This document shows positions 60,268 through 64,000 of a stretch of DNA of 64,000 nt, piece after piece (position 1 is the first letter of the stretch; every line of letters begins with the position of its first letter). This DNA comes from Octopus vulgaris. Taxonomy: Eukaryota. Under the pieces are notes generated by a model. That model saw only the letters and a list, made by a program, of their open reading frames with translations, was not told the DNA's origin and searched no databases. The stretch covers positions 9,858,001-9,922,000 of the forward strand of contig OX597832.1 of assembly GCA_951406725.2 (NCBI GenBank), in the 5' to 3' direction. The translations under genes were made by a program, and so were the position numbers.

Positions 60268-61764
60268 TAACAACGAACAAAAGGAGGACAAATATCCGTT
60301 AATTGTAAATAAAGTAAATAACGTACATAATTCTTCATCTCTTAAATATAGAAATGTATTATTATCATTATTATTATCATTATTATTATTATTACCATTA
60401 TTATTATTACTATTATCATCATCATCATCATCGTCATCATAATTATATTAATGCGTATGTAAATGTTTAGAAGACAGATAACTATTTGATGTATACTTAA
60501 AGAAGCAGCAAGATATAAAAGTAGGAAGCAAAAATGATAAACTATGAAATTATGTATCATAATTTCTGGTGATGAATAGCTGTCAAAATGTATGTTTACA
60601 TTTCTTGAAACAGAACAGTATAGTAACCAAAGTGTGACCGTAAATTCCTAGATGTCAAAGGATTTTCTGTGGTAAATCTAGCTATGAACCCCGTTGTATA
60701 TGATTTATTCTTATATTCCTCACTTTATTTACGTAGTATTTGTAATACGCTTATAAAGTGCACATCATGTTTCAAATATATTCCTGTAGTTAGAAGAGAA
60801 AGCGAGATAGATGATTAAGCACGGACAATTTGAAGGGATAAGAAAGTCTTTAAGGAAGGAAATTAAGAAAGACAGAAAAAAGTAAAAAAATTGACTCAGC
60901 ATAGTCAATACAAACATAACCCCTGTGATAAATTTCTGGAGAAATGTAGATAATTTGTTATTCTAATCCGAGAGTAATTCTGCTTTACACAATGTAATTA
61001 GATTTACATATCGGAAGAGAGATTATTATCACTAACACACTAAATTTCATATTTAGAGGAGCCATCAGTGACTTAAGCTGAAATTTGTGTGAAGTTTTCC
61101 ACGGCAAATACTCATACTCTATTCAATAGCTCTGGACGTCTAGGAATTCGTAAAAGTTTTGTGAAATTGTAAATTTTACATGCTTTCTATATTTTCAAAT
61201 AGTATCTGCATGCTATCGATCTTACGTTACTAGCATAATGTTTATGTAATTTACATAATGATTATGACATATTTCACAAAGTTTATTTCACTATATATTG
61301 TTGCACTTCATGTGATTATTGCTATCACTTGAAATATCCACTCAAAGATTCTTTCTAGAATATCTCCTATCTCTGTATTTTCGACCGACAAACTATTGCA
61401 ATGAGATAATAATGACGATAACCTATACCTCTAGATTACCTTCAGCTAAAAGAGAGGCATTATTAGTAAAAAAAATTTACCGGAACAAAGCTGTTTCGAA
61501 TTAATCCGATTTTCGTCTGAAGCGAAATCCCGTTAGTATTCCAGCGTATTCACTAAATGCGAATTGGCATAGTAAAACAGGCTGCAGGCTAGGCCATATG
61601 TTTTCTAGTGAAGATGCCTATTCAAAATTCTGAGCATTCACAGCATACTTGCTCAGCGACCTGTGCATTCTCTAAAGAAGTAGTACATACAGAATACAAA
61701 GACAGTTCTATAATACTAATTTAAAGTGGTGCAGTGTCCCCAGTTTATTATTTTATTAAAATGG

Positions 61765-62075
61765 AAGCGGTAATGTGGTACGAAATCTGCTTCACAAACA
61801 CATAATTCAAGGCTCAGTCCAACTGCGTCACTCGTTTAGCTAGTGAATCTTCTATAGCATAGGGCCAACCAAATCCTAGTAAGTTATTTGATAGACGGAA
61901 ACTGAAAGGAGCCTGCCGTATATGTAAACATGTATATATCTATGCGTGCGGTCGTCTTTGTGTCTGCGTTTGTCCCCACCACCATTTGCCGAAGGGCGTT
62001 ATTGTGTTTACGTCCCCGTAACTTAGATGCTCAGCTAAAGATATCGATAACATACGTACTAGTCTTATAAATAAA
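61765..62075 (+). mobile_element. SINE family B (tRNA-like head, 3'-truncated)
   Basis: GGCTCAGTCC B-box-like head, TAGACGGAAACTGAAAG, GTGTTTACGTCCCCGTAACTTAG. Confidence 0.78.
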
Positions 62076-62111
62076 TGAATATACATACGTACATATATAT
62101 ATATATGTATG

Positions 62112-62258
<147 letters not shown>

Positions 62259-62277
62259 GTATGCATATATTTATCTA

Positions 62278-63466
62278 TGTATGGACAAAATAATAGAAAC
62301 ATCTTAAAATTTATTTTCATATGAGGTAGGACCGCCTCTGTCTATGAACTCGTACAACATATTAATTGTTTCCAAATCAATTGTTATCCATTCTTACGCT
62401 AAAACAGTTTCCATTTCTGGTAGTGATGACGGTGGAGGGTATCGACTCCTTGCCAGTTTTCCTAAAATGCTCCGTAAATGTTCAACAATATTGAGATCTG
62501 GGGACTGTTGTGGCCAGATAAGATGTTCGACTTCACTAGAATATTCATCGTGCCATTCAGTAACAACTTTAGCAGTGTGAGTTGGTGCACAACCATACTG
62601 AAAGATTGCGCCTCCCTCCCGTAACAATTCTGAAACCACAGGAGTAATTTGATCATATAATGCTTAGTCTTCACTATTAATTCTGCCATGAAGGGAAACC
62701 ATTGCGCCGGATTTCCGAGATTGACCCCAATTCCAAAATCAACACAAATCCTTCTCCATGTTTAAGAGTTGAAAGAAAGCATTCTGGATCAAATGCCTCT
62801 TTTGGCTGTCTTCATATGTATACTCGTCTTGTGGTCGGAAATAAGGTACAGGATGAATCGTCCGAGATTATAAAATACTTCCACTGCTCTAGGGTGCAAT
62901 TCCGCATCTCAACGCGTTGCAACATTTGCTTTTGAAAGTAGTGGTTTTCTGATTGCAGCTCTCCCGTGAAATCCGGCTTTGTGCAGCTCCCGGCGAACAG
63001 TTCTTGTAGAAACTGGGTTCTCGAGGTGGTCAGTAAGCTCGCAGTAATATTGAGAGCTGTGCGTCTTTAATCCGTTACATCAATTTGCGTAAGATTCCGA
63101 CCTTCCCTATCTGCAAGTTTTTTATTTCCTCCACAGTTTTGTTTCGAGCGGGAGGGTTTTCCTTCTTTCCTAAAGACTGTCAGTACTTTCGAGATACACC
63201 AAACATTTCGGCTATTTTCGTTACGCTACCGCCTGCCATACAAGCACCAGCAATATCAACTCTTTGAAAGACCGTTGGATCTGTTATTTTCATGAATTTT
63301 AATTACTTTTTCTGATAATATCTGAAAAGACACAGCAATTTTAGCAAAGGATATCAAGCAGCACTAATAATAAATCAAAAAACATAAAAATAAACAAGTT
63401 TTTGACGGTGTAAAGATATTTCAAATTTAAGATGTTATGATGCTGGGTGTTTCCATTATATGTGTA
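62278..63466 (-). mobile_element. Tc1-family DNA transposon relic
   Basis: Broken transposase about 63293->62317: GSVTKIAEMFGVSR (HTH), LHKAGFHGRAAIRKPLL, IISDDS, FQYGCAPTHTA, WPQQSPDLNIVEHL, GGPTSY; partial TIRs ATAATAGAAACA / TGTTTCCATTAT. Confidence 0.9.
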
Positions 63467-64000
63467 TATATGTATATATTATATACATACATACACATAT
63501 ACATATATGGATATGTGCACATATCCATATATGCACAAAACCATGCACACGCATAAAAATATCTTGCTGTATACATATACAAGACATTTATACCAGACAA
63601 TAGAGATAGCAAGTATACCTTAAATGTAGGAAGGCGGAAGAAAAAGAAACCAAAACACTAAATGTAACAGCTAGCGAAAGAAAGAGGGAAGTAAGGGGGG
63701 GGGAAGAGGGAAGCATTGTTTAAGGTCGCTATCAAAGTAACGAATAGAGAGAGAAAGGAAAAAATGAGAGATCGGTGACGGAATATGTGTAACAAGTGTA
63801 CGCATAAAATAAAATTTCATATATATATATATATATATATATACATAAGTATATATTAACGTATAAGATCTCGTATATAAATATAGGGAAGTCGTTATAC
63901 CTATAGATAATTCGACATATTGCGTTCCATTTTGCACGTAATTACAAATCCACACAAATATAAGTGAATACATGCATATATATATATATATATATATATA

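Overview
AT-rich, repeat-dense eukaryotic intergenic or intronic DNA. The SINE and microsatellite repertoire suggests a cephalopod such as Octopus (inference from recalled repeat families, not checked). I found no convincing host protein-coding gene, and nearly all tracked ORFs are translations of microsatellites. The window holds at least six copies or fragments of R4/Dong-clade non-LTR retrotransposons with a restriction-like endonuclease, ranging from about 4 kb down to a 52-bp 3' tip. Most sit in or beside (TAA)n tracts and are co-oriented with the TAA strand; one abuts a nearly perfect 1.4-kb (ATT)n array. Also present are several tRNA-derived SINE families (including nested and head-sharing copies), RTE, CR1 and Penelope relics, an orphan zinc-knuckle ORF1-like relic, a Tc1 transposase relic, a non-autonomous Helitron, MITEs, a foldback element and mini/microsatellites. 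The most unusual object is at 59.8-60.35 kb: a head-to-head palindrome of two tRNA-like Pol III heads, each followed by (TAA)n, linked to a minimal hammerhead-ribozyme-like motif. All calls were made by eye and coordinates of degenerate elements are approximate.
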